Part shown: piece after piece, positions 22,241 to 35,668 of the stretch
Layout: each line of letters opens with the position of its first letter
Numbering within the stretch: position 1 is the stretch's first letter
Assembly: GCF_000143415.4 (NCBI RefSeq)
Contig: NW_003314297.1
Location: 1,580,890 to 1,644,889 of the forward strand
Direction of reading: 5' to 3'
Source of the DNA: Selaginella moellendorffii
Taxonomy: Eukaryota; Plantae; Lycopodiophyta
Length of the DNA: 64,000 nucleotides
Made by a program: the position numbers and the translations under genes
The notes under the pieces: generated by a model
What the model was told of the DNA's origin: nothing
Seen by the model: only the letters and a program-made list of their open reading frames with translations
Database searches by the model: none

Positions 22241-23020
22241 ATGGGCTGCCTGGGATTCTCCAGAGGCAGCGCCAAGAACAGGAAGAACAAGAAGATCAAG
22301 CGAGGCGACGAAGATGCGAGCGTGTGGCCAATGCCAGCGGCGGCTCCACCACCAGATCGATCCCCGAATCATGCCCGTCGCAGCAGCAGCGTCCGGCGGC
22401 CGCACCCATTGCCAGCGCCGACGGATTTCTCCGCCCGTGGCCGCTCGCCTCCCCAGCCATTGCCGCCGGTGCCATCGATCTCCAGCTCTTGGAGCGCGCG
22501 CGACAGCCGGCTCCGCCGATTCGAGTTCGAGCGCCTGGCTCGGCTGTGCAATCACTTCGCGCCTCGATCCCAGCTGCGGGAATCCGTGCACCGGTGCTTC
22601 CTCGAGCAGGAAGAGATAGCGGTGGACGTTCTTGTTCTCCATTCCTGCGGGTCGAGCGAGGTAAGCTCCGATTTCCAAGTCTTGGGGAGAGGGTTTCTGA
22701 TCGCGCCGCCGCCGGGTATCGCAGGAGGAATGGATCGAGCAGCTGCATCGCGTGGCCCAGCTGGAGCATCGCAATGTGTGCCGGATCATCGGCTTCTCGC
22801 TGGCCAATTCGCGGCGGCTGGTGGTGTTCGAGGCGTCCGAGACGAGCGCGGGCTTGGACGAGCTGCTGCTGCTACCATCAGCGTCGGATCACAATCGAGG
22901 AGGGCGCGTCCAGAGGATGGATTTCAATTGGGACGCCAGGCTCAAGATCGCCCTGGCAGCCGCGCAGGGCCTGGCGTTTCTCCATCAATCCTCCCCCTTC
23001 CAGGTTAGTGGTAGTCATGA

Positions 23021-23051
<31 letters not shown>

Positions 23052-23810
23052 CTGGATTTCGTCCAGACGCCGACCAGACACACAGATCTAAGAGCTTTCT
23101 TCTTATCTCTTGCTCAGGCGTCGCGATTTGGCCCCTCGAATGTCCTGGTGGACAAGATCGGCAAGAACAAGCACGAGGTCAAGCTCCAGCTCCTACTCAG
23201 CGAGGAGAGCTGCGACGCCTCCAAGGCCGGCAACGTGACCGCCTACGGGATCTTGCTCCTGGAGCTTGTGAGCGGCAAGACCAACATGGCGAGGCTCATC
23301 CTGGGCGGCGGGCGTGGCGGATCCCAGCAGGGCCTGTTCGTCAAGTGGGCGAGGGGCGTGGTGAATGACAGCAGCAAGCTGGGCAGCATCCTGGATCCCA
23401 GGCTGCTGCATTGCAATCCACTGTCGGCGGCCAGAGATCTCGCCAACTTCGCGCTCAGCTGCCTCCACGACGATCCCCGCCTCCGGCCCCGGATGCCGCA
23501 GGCCGTGTCGCTCCTCCAGTCGCTCATCACCATGCGGGATATGCAGCAGTCGAGCAAGATGACCGCGCGGACGGCCTCGTCCACTTCTTCGTCCGGCTCA
23601 CCTTCCTCGGCTGCAAATCCCGTGCACCAGCACCAGCAGTTCTTGGGGCGGAGCGCCACTTTCAGCCACCACCAAGCTGCCCGGAGGAGAGATATGACGC
23701 CGCCGCCGCCGCGGATGAGCACAGACCTGGATCAGCACGACTGGCGAGCGCACGTCCCTCGATCCGCTGGCGCCTCGCCAGCACGGTACACCACTGCATC
23801 CTACTACTGA
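22241..23810 (+). CDS. RLCK-VII-like pseudokinase with N-terminal MGC acylation motif, 3 exons
   Basis: MGCLGF, LRRFEF..L...F, AQLEHRNVCRIIGF, WDARLKIALAAAQGLAFLH, AYGILLLELVSGK, CLHDDPRLRPRM; Gly loop, VAIK Lys, HRD and DFG all absent. Confidence 0.8.
23021..23048 (+). repeat. (CT)n microsatellite in intron
   Basis: Visible run. Confidence 0.9.
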
Positions 23811-24139
23811 TCGAATCGCGATTCGACACGAAATGTACAAAGCTAGGAAATAGAATGGATGTAAGCATCATTTGCCAAGAACGGGCAAATTCTTCCTTTT
23901 GCGAAGGAAGAACATATACCCATGTTGGGTACCACACAAATCACGAAGAGAGAGAGAGAGAGAGTCCAAAGCTTGCTTGCTCCCTTATTACTACTACAAA
24001 CTCTCGATCTGATGGCTCTTGGTCTCCTACGTAGAAAGAAACCAAAAAGAAAAAAGGGAAAAAAATACCATCTAGCTAACAAGATACAGTTCTTCGCTAA
24101 GAAAAATGTCAGGCGTTTCTCTTGCTTCGTCTCTGCTCT

Positions 24140-26410
24140 TTACTTACCTTGCTTCACATCGTCGTACTCGGCCTCGGCAGTCTCCCCACCTGGCGCTGAT
24201 CCACCTCCGCTCGGCGGTGCTTGCTTTGACAGCGTCTCGCCGATCTTCATCGCAGCAGTCTGGGTAGCACTGATCTTTTGCCTGATCTGGTCCACCTTTT
24301 CGCTCTCCACAGCCTTTTTGAGATCCGCCACAGCGCTCTGGATGGCGGTCACAACGTCCGAAGGCAGCTTGTCTTTGTGCTCGTTGAGGCTCTTCTCGGT
24401 CGAGTAGATCGCAGAGTCGGCATCGTTCTTGGCGTCGATGAGCTCCTTCCGCTCCTTGTCTTTCTGCGAGTAGATCTCCGCCTCCTTCACCATCTTCTCG
24501 ATGTCGGACTCGGTCAGGCCTCCAGACGACTGAATGGTGATTGCCTGCTCCTTGCCGGTAGACTTATCCCTCGCTGATACGTTCACAATGCCGTTGGCGT
24601 CAATGTCAAAGGTGACTTCGATCTGAGGCACCCCACGCGGTGCCGGAGGAATACCAACGAGGTCAAACTGCCCCAGCATCTTGTTGTCCGTTGCCATCTC
24701 CCGTTCTCCCTGGAGAACCTTGACACCGACCTGCGTCTGACCATCGGCTGCTGTCGAGAAAACCTGGCTCTTCTTGGTTGGAATGGTGGTGTTCCTCGGA
24801 ATGAGCCTCGTGAACACTCCTCCCAAAGTCTCGATACCCAGGGACAGTGGCGTAACATCCAGGAGAAGGATGTCCTTCACATCGCCTCGCAAAACTCCAC
24901 CCTGAATGGCGGCTCCCATTGCCACCACCTCGTCGGGGTTGACGCCCTTGCACGGATCCTTGCCGAAGATGTTGAGCACAACTTCCTGAACCTTGGGCAT
25001 CCGGGTCATGCCTCCCACGAGCAAAACCTCGTCCACCTGCTTGGCAGTGATACCGGCATCCTTCAGGCAGTCCTTGCACGGCTGCTTCGTCTTCTCGATC
25101 AGGTTGCTCACGAGCGCCTCGAACTTAGAGCGAGTCAAGGTGAGGTTCAAATGCTTAGCGCCCGAAGCATCGGCTGTGATGAAAGGCAGGTTGATCTCTG
25201 TCTGTGTCGTAGAAGAAAGCTCCACTTTCGCCTTCTCTGCTGCCTCGCGAAGCCGTTGAAGGGCTAACCTGTCACTGGAGAGATCAATCCCCTGGTCCTT
25301 CTTGAACTCAGCCAGTAAGTGCTCCACGAGAGTGTTGTCGAAGTCCTCCCCTCCCAAGAAGGTGTCCCCGTTTGTAGCTTTAACCTGAAAGAGCGTCGTC
25401 ATACACGGAGAAAACAAAGAGAAAGAAAGTTTTACCTCGAACACACCGCCAGAGATCTCAAGGATCGAAATGTCGAAAGTTCCACCACCAAGGTCGAAGA
25501 CCGCGATGAGGCCCTCCTTCTTGTCCATGCCGTAAGACAGAGAAGCTGCTGTAGGCTCGTTGATAATCCTGGCAACCTCCAAGCCAGCAATCCTTCCAGC
25601 ATCCTTAGTTGCCTGCCTTTGGGCGTCATTGAAATAAGCTGGCACAGTGATGACAGCCTTGGTCACGGGGCGACCAAGGAAGGCCTCAGCAGTTTCCTTC
25701 ATCTTCATCAACACGAAAGCACCAATCTGACTGGGCGAGTACTTCTGTCCGCCAGCTTCCACCCAGGCATCGCCGTTTGGAGCCTTTACGATCTTGTAAG
25801 GAACCATTTTCATCTCCTTCTGAGTTTGAGGGTCATCAAACTGGCGACCGATGAGCCTCTTCGAACCGAAGATGGTATTTGTCGGGTTGGTGACCGCTTG
25901 ACGCTTCGCAGGAGTGCCGACCAGACGCTCGCCTTTGGGCGTGAAGGCCACAACCGAGGGTGTAGTTCGAGCGCCCTCAGAATTTTCTATCACCCGAGGA
26001 GTCTAGAAGTGAAGAGAAAAAAAATCGTCATAACAAGCACGAAAAAAGAGAAATGTGATAGTTACCTTGCCCTCCATCACAGAAACGCAAGAATTCGTTG
26101 TGCCCAAATCGATACCGATGACATCCCCTCCAGCAGCTTTGCTACAACAACACCAAGCAGCCATTCTCGATTTTAGCCCAAACCAAAAAGCAAGACAAGA
26201 TCAATTCGAGAGCCTCACCTGTAGTTTCTAGACCATCTCGAAAGCAGTGGAGACGTTGTGAGCCTGTGAGCCGCCTATGCAAAGAAAAAAATAGGAAAAA
26301 TGGAGTCAAGAAACAAGAATCGCGGCCGATGATCCAAGCACCGAATAGAATACCTGGCTGGAGCCCGAGGCCTGCACGGCTCGCTTGGCAATTCTCGCCA
26401 ACATCGACAT
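24140..26410 (-). CDS. mtHsc70: Mitochondrial Hsp70 (DnaK-type)
   Basis: Presequence [12 protein letters not shown]..., [45 protein letters not shown]; no EEVD terminus. Confidence 0.95.
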
Positions 26411-26469
26411 AGCCTTGCAAGCGCCTATACCCTAGAAAACCCGCCGGAGAGAAGACCCTAAATGGTTTA

Positions 26470-26517
26470 AAACCCTAAACCCTTAGCCGACTTACGTGGA
26501 ACATTCTAGAAACCCTA
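26470..26517. promoter_or_regulatory. Perfect heat-shock element (GAAcaTTCtaGAA, 26499-26511) flanked by two telo-box (AAACCCTA) motifs upstream of mtHsp70
   Basis: nGAAnnTTCnnGAAn about 90 bp upstream of the ATG; AAACCCTA at 26470-26477 and 26510-26517. Confidence 0.7.
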
Positions 26518-26612
26518 GAGATTTTTAACAGAACAAGTGGGCAAAATCTGACCGTCGATCTGACCCGACACAGATTACCAGTCATTAAGATAGTTATATA
26601 AGTAAAGAGAGT

Positions 26613-28180
26613 TTAGCCGCGAGGAGGGGCCATGCTCGAGTTGTTCCCGATGGTGGACTGGAAAAATTCCAGGACGTGGGGATAGACGTCGACGTTGGCA
26701 TTGATGCCGAGGACAAAGTCGGCGTGTGCGTAGCGCGGGAGGAAGAGAACTTCGACGCTGGTCCTGTGGAGGTCGCGGATGAGGTGCTGCACGTCGGCTT
26801 GGTCCGCTAGCTCGTCTCGCCCGCCATAGACAAGGAGCATGGGAATGCTCACTGGGATCGTCGACAGAGAGTACGAGGGAGGTATGAGCACCCCGTAGTG
26901 GTCGATGTTTCCCGGGACCTGGAAGTCGAACTTCGCGAACCGTCCCGATCGAACAACTGGTGGAAAGACGGATAGATGTTTAGGATTGAATTGGGAAGCA
27001 CGAAAGCTTACGCTGAGCAAGGTGTGCGAGGTTTCTCATGGAGGTTGACTGCATCTCGTACATGTTGTAGTAGCTCATTCTACTCACGTTGACGCAGCAG
27101 TTTGGACCTTGAAAACCAGGAGAACAATCGAAAGTTTATGCGAAGAGCCAAAGTACCTGTGAAAAGAGTAAGCAGATCGTCGATGCAATCAAGGTTTGAT
27201 TGTCTACAGATGATGTTAAGAACTTGTCGTCCAGCAGCACTAGGCAAGGAGAAAAACAAAATAAGTCAGCTCACATTAGAAGCCCAACGCTTACTTTGAC
27301 AGGCTGAATTCGCTGATCCCCGATCGAAGCAATACCTGCGAAACAAGAACTTCTTTGTCCAAACAAAACTCTAAACTCAAGACTCACTTGATCCAATCGG
27401 CGTCGAGCAGCCTCTCCGATCATCGGTGCTCGGACATGGTTGAGGTACGCAATGGGAGCTAGCATTGCGGCCCTTTCGATAAGGCTCGCTGCTTTGTTCC
27501 CAGACTGAGACAAGGCGGCGAATGCGACTTGTGTCCCCTGTGAGTAGCCAACAAAGAAGATCCTTTTGTCGGTCAGAGTGTTCACGTAAGTTAGCAACGC
27601 TGGTAAGTCGTGGACGACGAGTTCGTCCATGCTCCAATCCCAGAACCTCTGCACGCATACAATCGATCGTCATCGTGATATCATTATCTAAGCACGAGTT
27701 CTACCGTATCCGCTCGCGAGAACAAGTTGTGAGAGCTGAACATGGAGGCACGTCCATTGCCAATGAAAACATCGTAGCCCGCGTCCGCCATGATAAAAGC
27801 TAGCGATTCATCAGGCGGGTTGAGCACCCAGATGTCGCCACCCTGCAAGAAATGGACGAATTAACGAATGCGTGGAGACCAAGGATACAAGAACCTCCAT
27901 AATCCCGTGGTAGAGGAACACAGGACCCAGCGTCGGCGTGGTACAGTTCTTCGCGACTCTCTCGAGCGCCAGCTTATAGCCATCGGCAGTTTCAACCTGC
28001 ATTCCAAGGTAAGTACGCGCAAAAGCGTGGAGAGTTCCTTACGATGTACTCGGTGCACTGGTAAGCCTCTGGCAAGACGAAACTGGTGCAAACCCCCAGG
28101 CCTCTAGGATTTGCAACTCCGAGTGCATTGTGCGCAGCAAGAAGAACCAAAGCTACGATAGCAAGCCTGAGAGATACCAT
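26613..28180 (-). CDS. Secreted triacylglycerol lipase (LIP1/acid-lipase-type alpha/beta hydrolase)
   Basis: Signal peptide, VETADGYKLAL, PVFLYHGI, FWDWSMDEL..HDLPA, nucleophile GYSQG, GGRDELAD, YAHADF. Confidence 0.9.
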
Positions 28181-28551
28181 GGCCAGGCAGCAGCGAGCTT
28201 CGTTCCCATTGCTCGGTTGGTTACACCTTTATATATTACCCCTGCAAGCATACCATCTGCATTGGTTTTTTCTAATCCAATTAGTAAAACAAAGTGTCTC
28301 ACACCTAGGCGGCTTCCCTTCTAGAAATGAAATCACTTACAAAACACCGGTTTTGAAAGTGTCAAGCTCCAAGATGACCCTTTCTTTTCCAACGAGTTTG
28401 CCGGCTGCTTGGCGCCAAGAAACACATCACGCTCTTTGTCACCTACTAGCACCATTGGCATGCTGGCTGCCACAAGGATGGCTCAAATCAGACGTGTTTG
28501 ATATCAAACCTCTACAAGCACTCCCGTCTCGAATATGTTTTTCCCAACAAG

Positions 28552-30879
28552 CTACGGCTTCTTTTTTCTAAAGAAACTTTTCCTCCAGTTGTTAGCCGGT
28601 GGTTTCTGCAGCTCCTCAATGATGGTCAACACCTGAATATACAAAAGCAGTTTCAACATGACAACGAGAACTGAAACATCGTACTTCACTAAACTCGGGT
28701 CGTAGCTGTGGATCTTGATTCCAACACCTCTCAGCGAGATTAACGAGCTTATCAGGGACGAACGCAGGCATTGATGGCCGCAGCTCCCTGAAACGAAAAA
28801 GCATGGGTTGCCGAATCTCAATCATAGAAAATCCGGCCACCTTTGCACCACGCCTATAGCCGCTTGAAGTGGTGTTAAATCGGAATAAGGTATATCACCT
28901 GTAAGAAGTTCCCTGAAAAACAGATGTTTGCGCAGTGTTCTGTACAAAGTGCCTTGTTACCAGATCATGATGCCGAAAGAGTAGACATCGGTCTTGTGAT
29001 CGTACGCTTTGTGTTCCAGCACCTGTAACTGATTTTAAGCAATCGAAAACTGCGAGCGAACGGACCTCAGGTGACATCCAGCGATATGTGCCAGTTTCAG
29101 CAGTCATTTCGGCAGGCCAGTTCCCAGAGCCAGAACGATTTACATTCGAAGGCTTCAGTCGGGCAACACCAAAATCGCAAACTTTGACCACCTACATAAA
29201 TAAATCAAATCAGGACCAAGACTCAAACAAATCAACTGGCTTACATCGTGCTCGTCAATAAGCAAGTTTGCAGACTTCAAATCCCGATGCACGATTCCTC
29301 TTCTGCATGAACAAGTGTCATTTGAGCGCAGTGATAGAAAAGACAAACCTATGCAAGAAATCCATTCCCTTTGCCGCATCTCGAAGCACCTTAAGTGCGG
29401 CAGGAACCTCAAGGCCGCCCTCCCGACTTTCAAGAACATCTCGCACACTAAAGAATCGTGATTAACCTCTGAGGCCAAAGAAAGCTCCTCACCTGCCACC
29501 GGCCATTAGCTCAGTCACAATGCACAGTCTTGGCCAGTTCGCACAGGCTCCAATAAACTGAACAAGATTCTTGTGCCGAACCATTCTGTGGGGAATCTAG
29601 AGGCATTACGTTAACCATTACACGACCATCAAGTACCTCATTATTGAAACCTCTTGCTTAAAAACTTGAAGAAGCTCGGCAGCTGGAGCACCACGCAGTG
29701 TGCCAGAGTCCGAATGACCATCCGCTTCGTCGAGCATGATCACTTTGATGGCCACGTCTTGGCCACGGTACTTCCCACGATATAGTCTTCCAGAAGAGCC
29801 ACCTCCTAGCCTAGCGCCAATATGCAGCTAAACATTGCGAACGGATAATCAAGATAGATGTTATGAGCAAAAACAATCTACTGAACCTCACATTGTTGTA
29901 GTCCACAGCCCAGTCCTCATAAGCTAAGCTTTCGACAACTTCTCTAAGTCGTGCCCTTTCAGTGAAGTTGGAGCTCAATGCCGTCAAAACGGCTTGCTTT
30001 AGTTCTTCTGGCTGCCACACACAAAACAACAAGAGATATAGGAAAGGCACAAAACAAAACTCACATCATCCCCTATCCAGCCGTCAACAACAAAAACTTC
30101 GAGTGCCATTCCATCAGTCGTGCTGAAAACATGTGCTTCCTGGAAACGAGACAGTCTTACGAGACAGTTTTACGCATTTGAAAGATGAACAGCCAACCTT
30201 GATATTCAGCTCGAGCGAGGAGTTACTCAAAGCTGACGTGAAGAACTTCAGCAATCCATGCCTGTCCGAAGAAGCCAGAGTCAGTTCGTATCCATAGCAC
30301 GACCTGCAGCCACCACTCCGCTCTTCTGTTTCCAAAGAAGCAAACATGGGACGAGGAATCGCCGCCGGAGGTGTACTGCCGATTCCAAACGACGGATGAA
30401 CTTTAGCCGGGCTTCCAGCGATAATCCCCGCAAGATTAGTGCTGGAACCAAACGCTGGCTTGGGTAACTTCGACATGGCAGCAAGCCAACTGTAGCTAGA
30501 ACCCACATGATTGCAAGCAGCATCGGTGTCCAAGCCGCCCCCCAGCTGAACTTTGCGAGCATTTACGACCGGAAGAGAAGGTGCTTCCACGGAATTAACT
30601 CGAGAGCTGATTTCTTCATCCCGTGCTTGCTGGATGAGCTTCATATGAAGCAGGACATCCTCATGCCGCTCCACATCAATGTTGAGCGTGTATCTGCAAC
30701 AAGAAAACACACCAAAGTCACATTCGATTTGGCAACAAGCTGGTGATTTACCGTGATGGAAGACGCGCAAAGTGCTCCCTGAGCTCGTTGCAAACTCCAT
30801 CACTGTATCCCGAGGCTCTGACACGGCCGACCACCTGATTGACAACAGCTTCGCACTGCAATTCGCTGGATAGTGCCAT
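28552..30879 (-). CDS. ACT-domain Raf-like STY kinase (STY8/17/46 family)
   Basis: [27 protein letters not shown]-like [11 protein letters not shown]...[57 protein letters not shown]. Confidence 0.9.
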
Positions 30880-31005
30880 GCTGCCTGTCACCCATCTGTG
30901 TCCCTCATCCAAATACCGATCTCTGTGACCCTAACCTAGCAGGTCAACTCGTACATAGGCAATTTATTGGAGTAAAAAAGTTACAGGAATAGGAAATTCA
31001 CAGTC

Positions 31006-33257
31006 TTATCTGACGGGAGAGAAGCCCAGCCGACTGCTTTGCCGCTGAAACAACGGAGATGTTGCTCCACTTGCATGCCGCGCAAGCTTGCGCTTCTCTT
31101 CTGCAGACACAAATCAACACTTAATGCCAATGACTTTAAACACGTGTCATATTACCCCTCTTCATTTCGAGCTCTTGCTGGAGCTCCTCCTTCCACTGCC
31201 TTTGCCTGTCGCAGAAGCTACTGCAAGGGTATTTCAGTGTCAGGGTCAAACATACTAAAAACGAAGGGGTGAAACGTACCTGGAGTTGCGAATGGATGGT
31301 GGAAAATCCTGTCCGTTTAGTCTGACCTCGAGCAGTGGATTGAAATTCGCCGCGGGACCAGGTGCGGGAGCAGCACTGTCTGAGCTGACACTTGCATCAC
31401 TTTCACAACTGTTTCTCACGTACGTAGACCTCTCACTGAAACTGCTCCCTTTGCTTGGGGACCTACTAGCTGTAGGTGGCCTCAGCCTTGCGGGACTCAA
31501 CGGTGCAACGAAACTCGAGTTTGGCTCCTCACTGCTACCTTTGTAGAGGCTGTATTCTTCGTAGAGTGGAGTTTGCAACTTTGCCAGTTCCGATGCCTGC
31601 GCCAAGAAAGCCTTCAGAACATGGAATCAACCTTTTGCTCTACCTTCGCCTCCAAAAAAGCTTTGATTTTTGACTCTGTAACGTCATCGTCGTCAGTATG
31701 GCTCGAAGGACCGACTGGATCCGCAGAATTGCTGCGACCAAGTGTCCAACAGGCGCCTTCCACGTATGAAGGCTCCGACACCGGGTTGAAGCTTGGACAT
31801 ATCTTCAAGTCGAAACACAAAGTCATTAACGAAACATTCTACGTCGTGGCAAACCTCGTCGTTTGATAAGCTCGCACAGGGAGAGTCTAGCCTCACTGAA
31901 CAATTGAGATCATCTACGAATGATTTTCTTAACTGACAATCATCAACCGTTGGTATAAATTTGGGCGCCATGGCATTACTGTCGTACGTTTCTGAAACAA
32001 AAGGGTGCTGGCAAGAACATATGAGAACATGGCATAATCAAAGCACACACACCTTAAGAAGCTCTGCAGCTGTTGGTCTCAGTCGTGGCTCCCTGCACCA
32101 AAAAGAACAGCAATGAGCATGCATTTTCAGATGGGTAGTACCTTTGAAGACATTTTAAAAGAAAACTTTTTGCATCAGGGGATAGATGTTCTGGAATAGG
32201 AGGATGCGACTTGGTTGTACCGATGTGGAACAAGGCAGCCACCTAATATAAAATCCAGATAGACGAGTTCTCTCTTTGAAACAAATGACGAGAGCATACC
32301 TCTTGAAACTGATCACTCCACGGCGGCTTGCCTGTTGCCATCTCAATGACAGTGCAACCCACACTCCATATGTCTGCTTGCCTGATAAGACGATACATAC
32401 GAAAAAAACTTGAAAAGCCCAGACGAGAAAAAGCAGAGGCCTACCAATTGTGACCAGTCTGCCTGACAACTTCGGGGGCCATCCAGTACGGGGTCCCTTT
32501 CATGGACTTTGCTTCCGAAATGGTTGCCTGCGTCGAAACGTAATCATGAAAGGGCCAAATCAAAAAGGTATTCAACGCCTACCAGCTCAAGAACTTTTTT
32601 CGATGCTCCAAAATCTGCTACCTTTATGTGGCCCTGGTTGTCTACCAATATATTTGCTCCCTGCATGAATGAAAGTAAGAAAAATACCCTTCATCTAAAT
32701 CACTCACTTTACCTTGATATCTCGGTGCATTATTTTATTCTGATGAAGGTATTCAAGCCCCAAGAGCAACTGCCTAGTATACATACGAATCACGGGTTCT
32801 GTGAAGGAACCAAACTTCCCAAGAAGCGACGAAATAGATCCACCGGGAACAAATTCAAGAAAGATGTTGAGCGCCTCCTCCTCCCTGGCGGTTCCTAAGT
32901 ACCTCTGCCACACATCTTGATCATCAAATTCAACCGCCACCGGAGACACTTACAACTATGTTGGGGTGTGACAAGTTTTGGAGCAGCTTCACCTCCTCTT
33001 CCAGCTCCCGGATGTGAGCACTGAGCTGGGCCTTGCCCTTGGCGAAGTTGCTGGCCGCGATCAAGACCTAGACAAGGCAATGCATCGGGAGCTCGAAATG
33101 CAGCTCAAAACCTGCGAGGGAAACGCACCTGCTTGACCGCGATGAGCTCGCCGGAGTCGAGGTTCATCCCCATGTAGACGCGGCCGTAGGCGCCGACGCC
33201 GATGAGCTCGCCCTTGCGCCATCGGATGGCGCGGGGGCTTGTCGACTGCTCGCCCAT
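31006..33257 (-). CDS. NPK1: MAPKKK of the NPK1/ANP1-3 family
   Basis: [71 protein letters not shown]-terminal [10 protein letters not shown] motif. Confidence 0.92.
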
Positions 33258-33469
33258 GGCGCCCGCGCTTCTTCCCCTTCCTCTCCCCGCGATACCCTAG
33301 ACGCCTGGCATATTCCCCGCACCCTCTACTGTGCGGCGCTTTCAAAATTTGCCAAGCGCGGCAACGGGTCCCTTTTTCCCGGCCGTATGGTACGCGTATA
33401 AAAATGGGTGCCTTTCATTTCTATGTATAAAAAAGTATTCAACAAAGCAGTTGAAACTTTTTAGGGTTC

Positions 33470-35146
33470 TCAAGCCATGGAAGAGGGATGCGGGGGCGTG
33501 GGAGCCGACGCGACCCGGCGCCCGCGCTCGGATCGAGCATTCTCCGCGAATTTGACGCTCGCATTGTGCATGCCCTGCTCCTTCTCGGCTTTGGTCCACT
33601 CGGATGTGTAGTAGTGCTCTTCGGTGACCTCGCCGGATGCCGGGAAGAGCGCGCCGCCCCACTGCGGGAAGTAGACGAGCAGCACTGGCATCGTGCACGC
33701 CAAGCTCATCACACCCATGAGCGAGATCCCCTTTTGCGTGGAGTACTGGTTGCTGGTGAAGAAGATGAGCTGCGTGAGCACCGCGCCAACGTTGCCGCCG
33801 GCGCCGGTGAGGCCGGAGATGACGCCCAGCGATCGGTGCGACACGAAAGGGATGATGCCGAAGGTGCAGCCACAGGCACCCTGGAGGAAGAGCGAGAAGA
33901 GGATCATGACGCCGATTGAGGGGCCTAGGCTTCCAACCAGGCCGAGGACGATGCACAGCACTGCTCCCGTGGATTGCATCAACCACAGCGCCCACAGCCT
34001 CCCCCGCATTCCAAAGCGGCGGGCGACGACGTCGGACAGGATCCCGCCCAGCGGCCGCGCGAAGAGGTTGGCCATGCCGAAGGTGGAGGCGACAATGCCC
34101 GCGGTGTGGAGGTCGAGGCCGAAGCGATCGTAGAAGTACTCGGCGATGATGTTGTCCACCGTCAGCTCCACGCCGAAGCTGTAGCCGTAGAGCAGCGCGA
34201 AGATCCACGTCCGGTAGTTCCTGATCGCGTTGACAAACACCTGGATAGGTTGATACACTCAAGTGAGCTTCCAAGCCGATCGATCAGAGAAGATCCAACT
34301 CCATACCTTGGAGAATGCATCCTTGTTCTTCTTGCCCGTCTCCTTGAGCAGCGCGTAGTTGCCATCCGGGAGGTCCTGGCCGAGGGTGAGCACCATCAGG
34401 CCCATGAAGATGTGGAAGAAGCCCGGGACGAAGAAGGCGATCCTCCAGGCGATGAACTTGTCCGACCCCATGGATTGGATGGCCCTGAAGACGAGCGGCA
34501 TGATGAGCTGCGTGGCTCCGCCGCCCAGATTGCCCCACCCGGCAGCGGTGCCGTTTGCGGATCCCACGATCTTGCTGTTGAACATGGAGCTCATCCAAAA
34601 CTGGCACGACACGAAGGTGGCGAGGCCGAAGCCGATGAAGAAGCGCGCGAGGATGAATCCGGTGGCCGACGAGACGAGGCTCATGGAGAAGACGGCGGGG
34701 GCGGTCATCATAATCACGAAGGCGCAGCCATAACGCGGGCCGACGAGATCGCACACCGGCCCCATGGCGAACCTGGAGACGATGGCGCCCGTCACGGACG
34801 CGATTCCGGCCCTGCCCACGTCCAGCTTGGTGAGCCCCAGGTTGTCGCGGATGATCGGGAGGAGCGGCGGCGCCGCGAAGGTGGAGGTGAAGCAAGTGAA
34901 GAAGGCGATCCACGAGAGGTGGAAGGTTCTCATGTGTGGGTTGGCCAGCGAGAAGATGTTGAACACCTTGGATTTGTGCTCCGAGTCGACGGGCAGCGCG
35001 AATTTCTTGGCGGCGGGGTCGGCTATCGGCGATGGCGCCTCCACCGAGAAGGCGAAGGCCTGCTCCTTGCCCGTCACCCCGTGCATCGACACGCCCGGAT
35101 CGCCGGCTGCGTCCACGCCAATCCCCGACGTGCTCTGCTCCGCCAT
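33470..35146 (-). CDS. NRT2: High-affinity nitrate transporter NRT2, 2 exons
   Basis: [22 protein letters not shown], nitrate signature [26 protein letters not shown]. Confidence 0.97.
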
Positions 35147-35312
35147 GGCTCCTCTCCTGCTGCTCCTCCCTTTTGGAAGAACTTCTTTCTTCTGCGCTTG
35201 ATTGGAACTTGGAACTCGGACGCTAATCCCCTGCTGCCAGATTACTGAGAATCTAGGCCTTATAAAGCTGCCACGATTTGGAAAAGATCTCCTGTCCCTC
35301 TCTCTGCTCCAG

Positions 35313-35337
35313 CCCGCTTGGCAGCGGACAAGGGGTA
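35313..35337 (-). promoter_or_regulatory. Candidate nitrate-responsive element (CTT-N10-AAG pseudo-palindrome) upstream of the NRT2 TATA box
   Basis: Minus strand TACCCCTT-N10-AAGCGGG; TATAA-like at ~35260-35266; second GACCCTT-N9-AAG at ~35411-35429. Confidence 0.35.
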
Positions 35338-35668
35338 GTCCGTATCTCCGCCCCCTCGCCTCTTCACAAGGGAGTGGAGTCGAGACTGTTGACTTTGGGG
35401 TGTAAAACACGACCCTTGCCAGTTTGAAGCAGCTGGTCAACGGCCCCGCTTTCGTCTTTGGGTCTCGCTTTGGCCGTTGACTCGTGGCCTTGCTCCCTGT
35501 TTGGAGGCGTTCCCCAAGGCCCGCAAGAGTTATCATTCTTTTTTTGCCTGGCAGATCGTGTCACATTGGGTTTTGCGTATGGGATGTTTAATTTACAAAA
35601 AGTCAGCAACAGCTTGTGCTGGGCGCGGGACGAGAGTAACTTGTTTTCTGGGGCGCCGAAAGTCTGTT

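Noticed and set aside
33342-35248. Long overlapping alternative-frame and antisense ORFs (up to 424 aa) over NRT2; likewise over HSP70, RLCK, Pumilio and STOP1
   Set aside because: Expected shadow ORFs of GC3-rich coding sequence; no independent motifs
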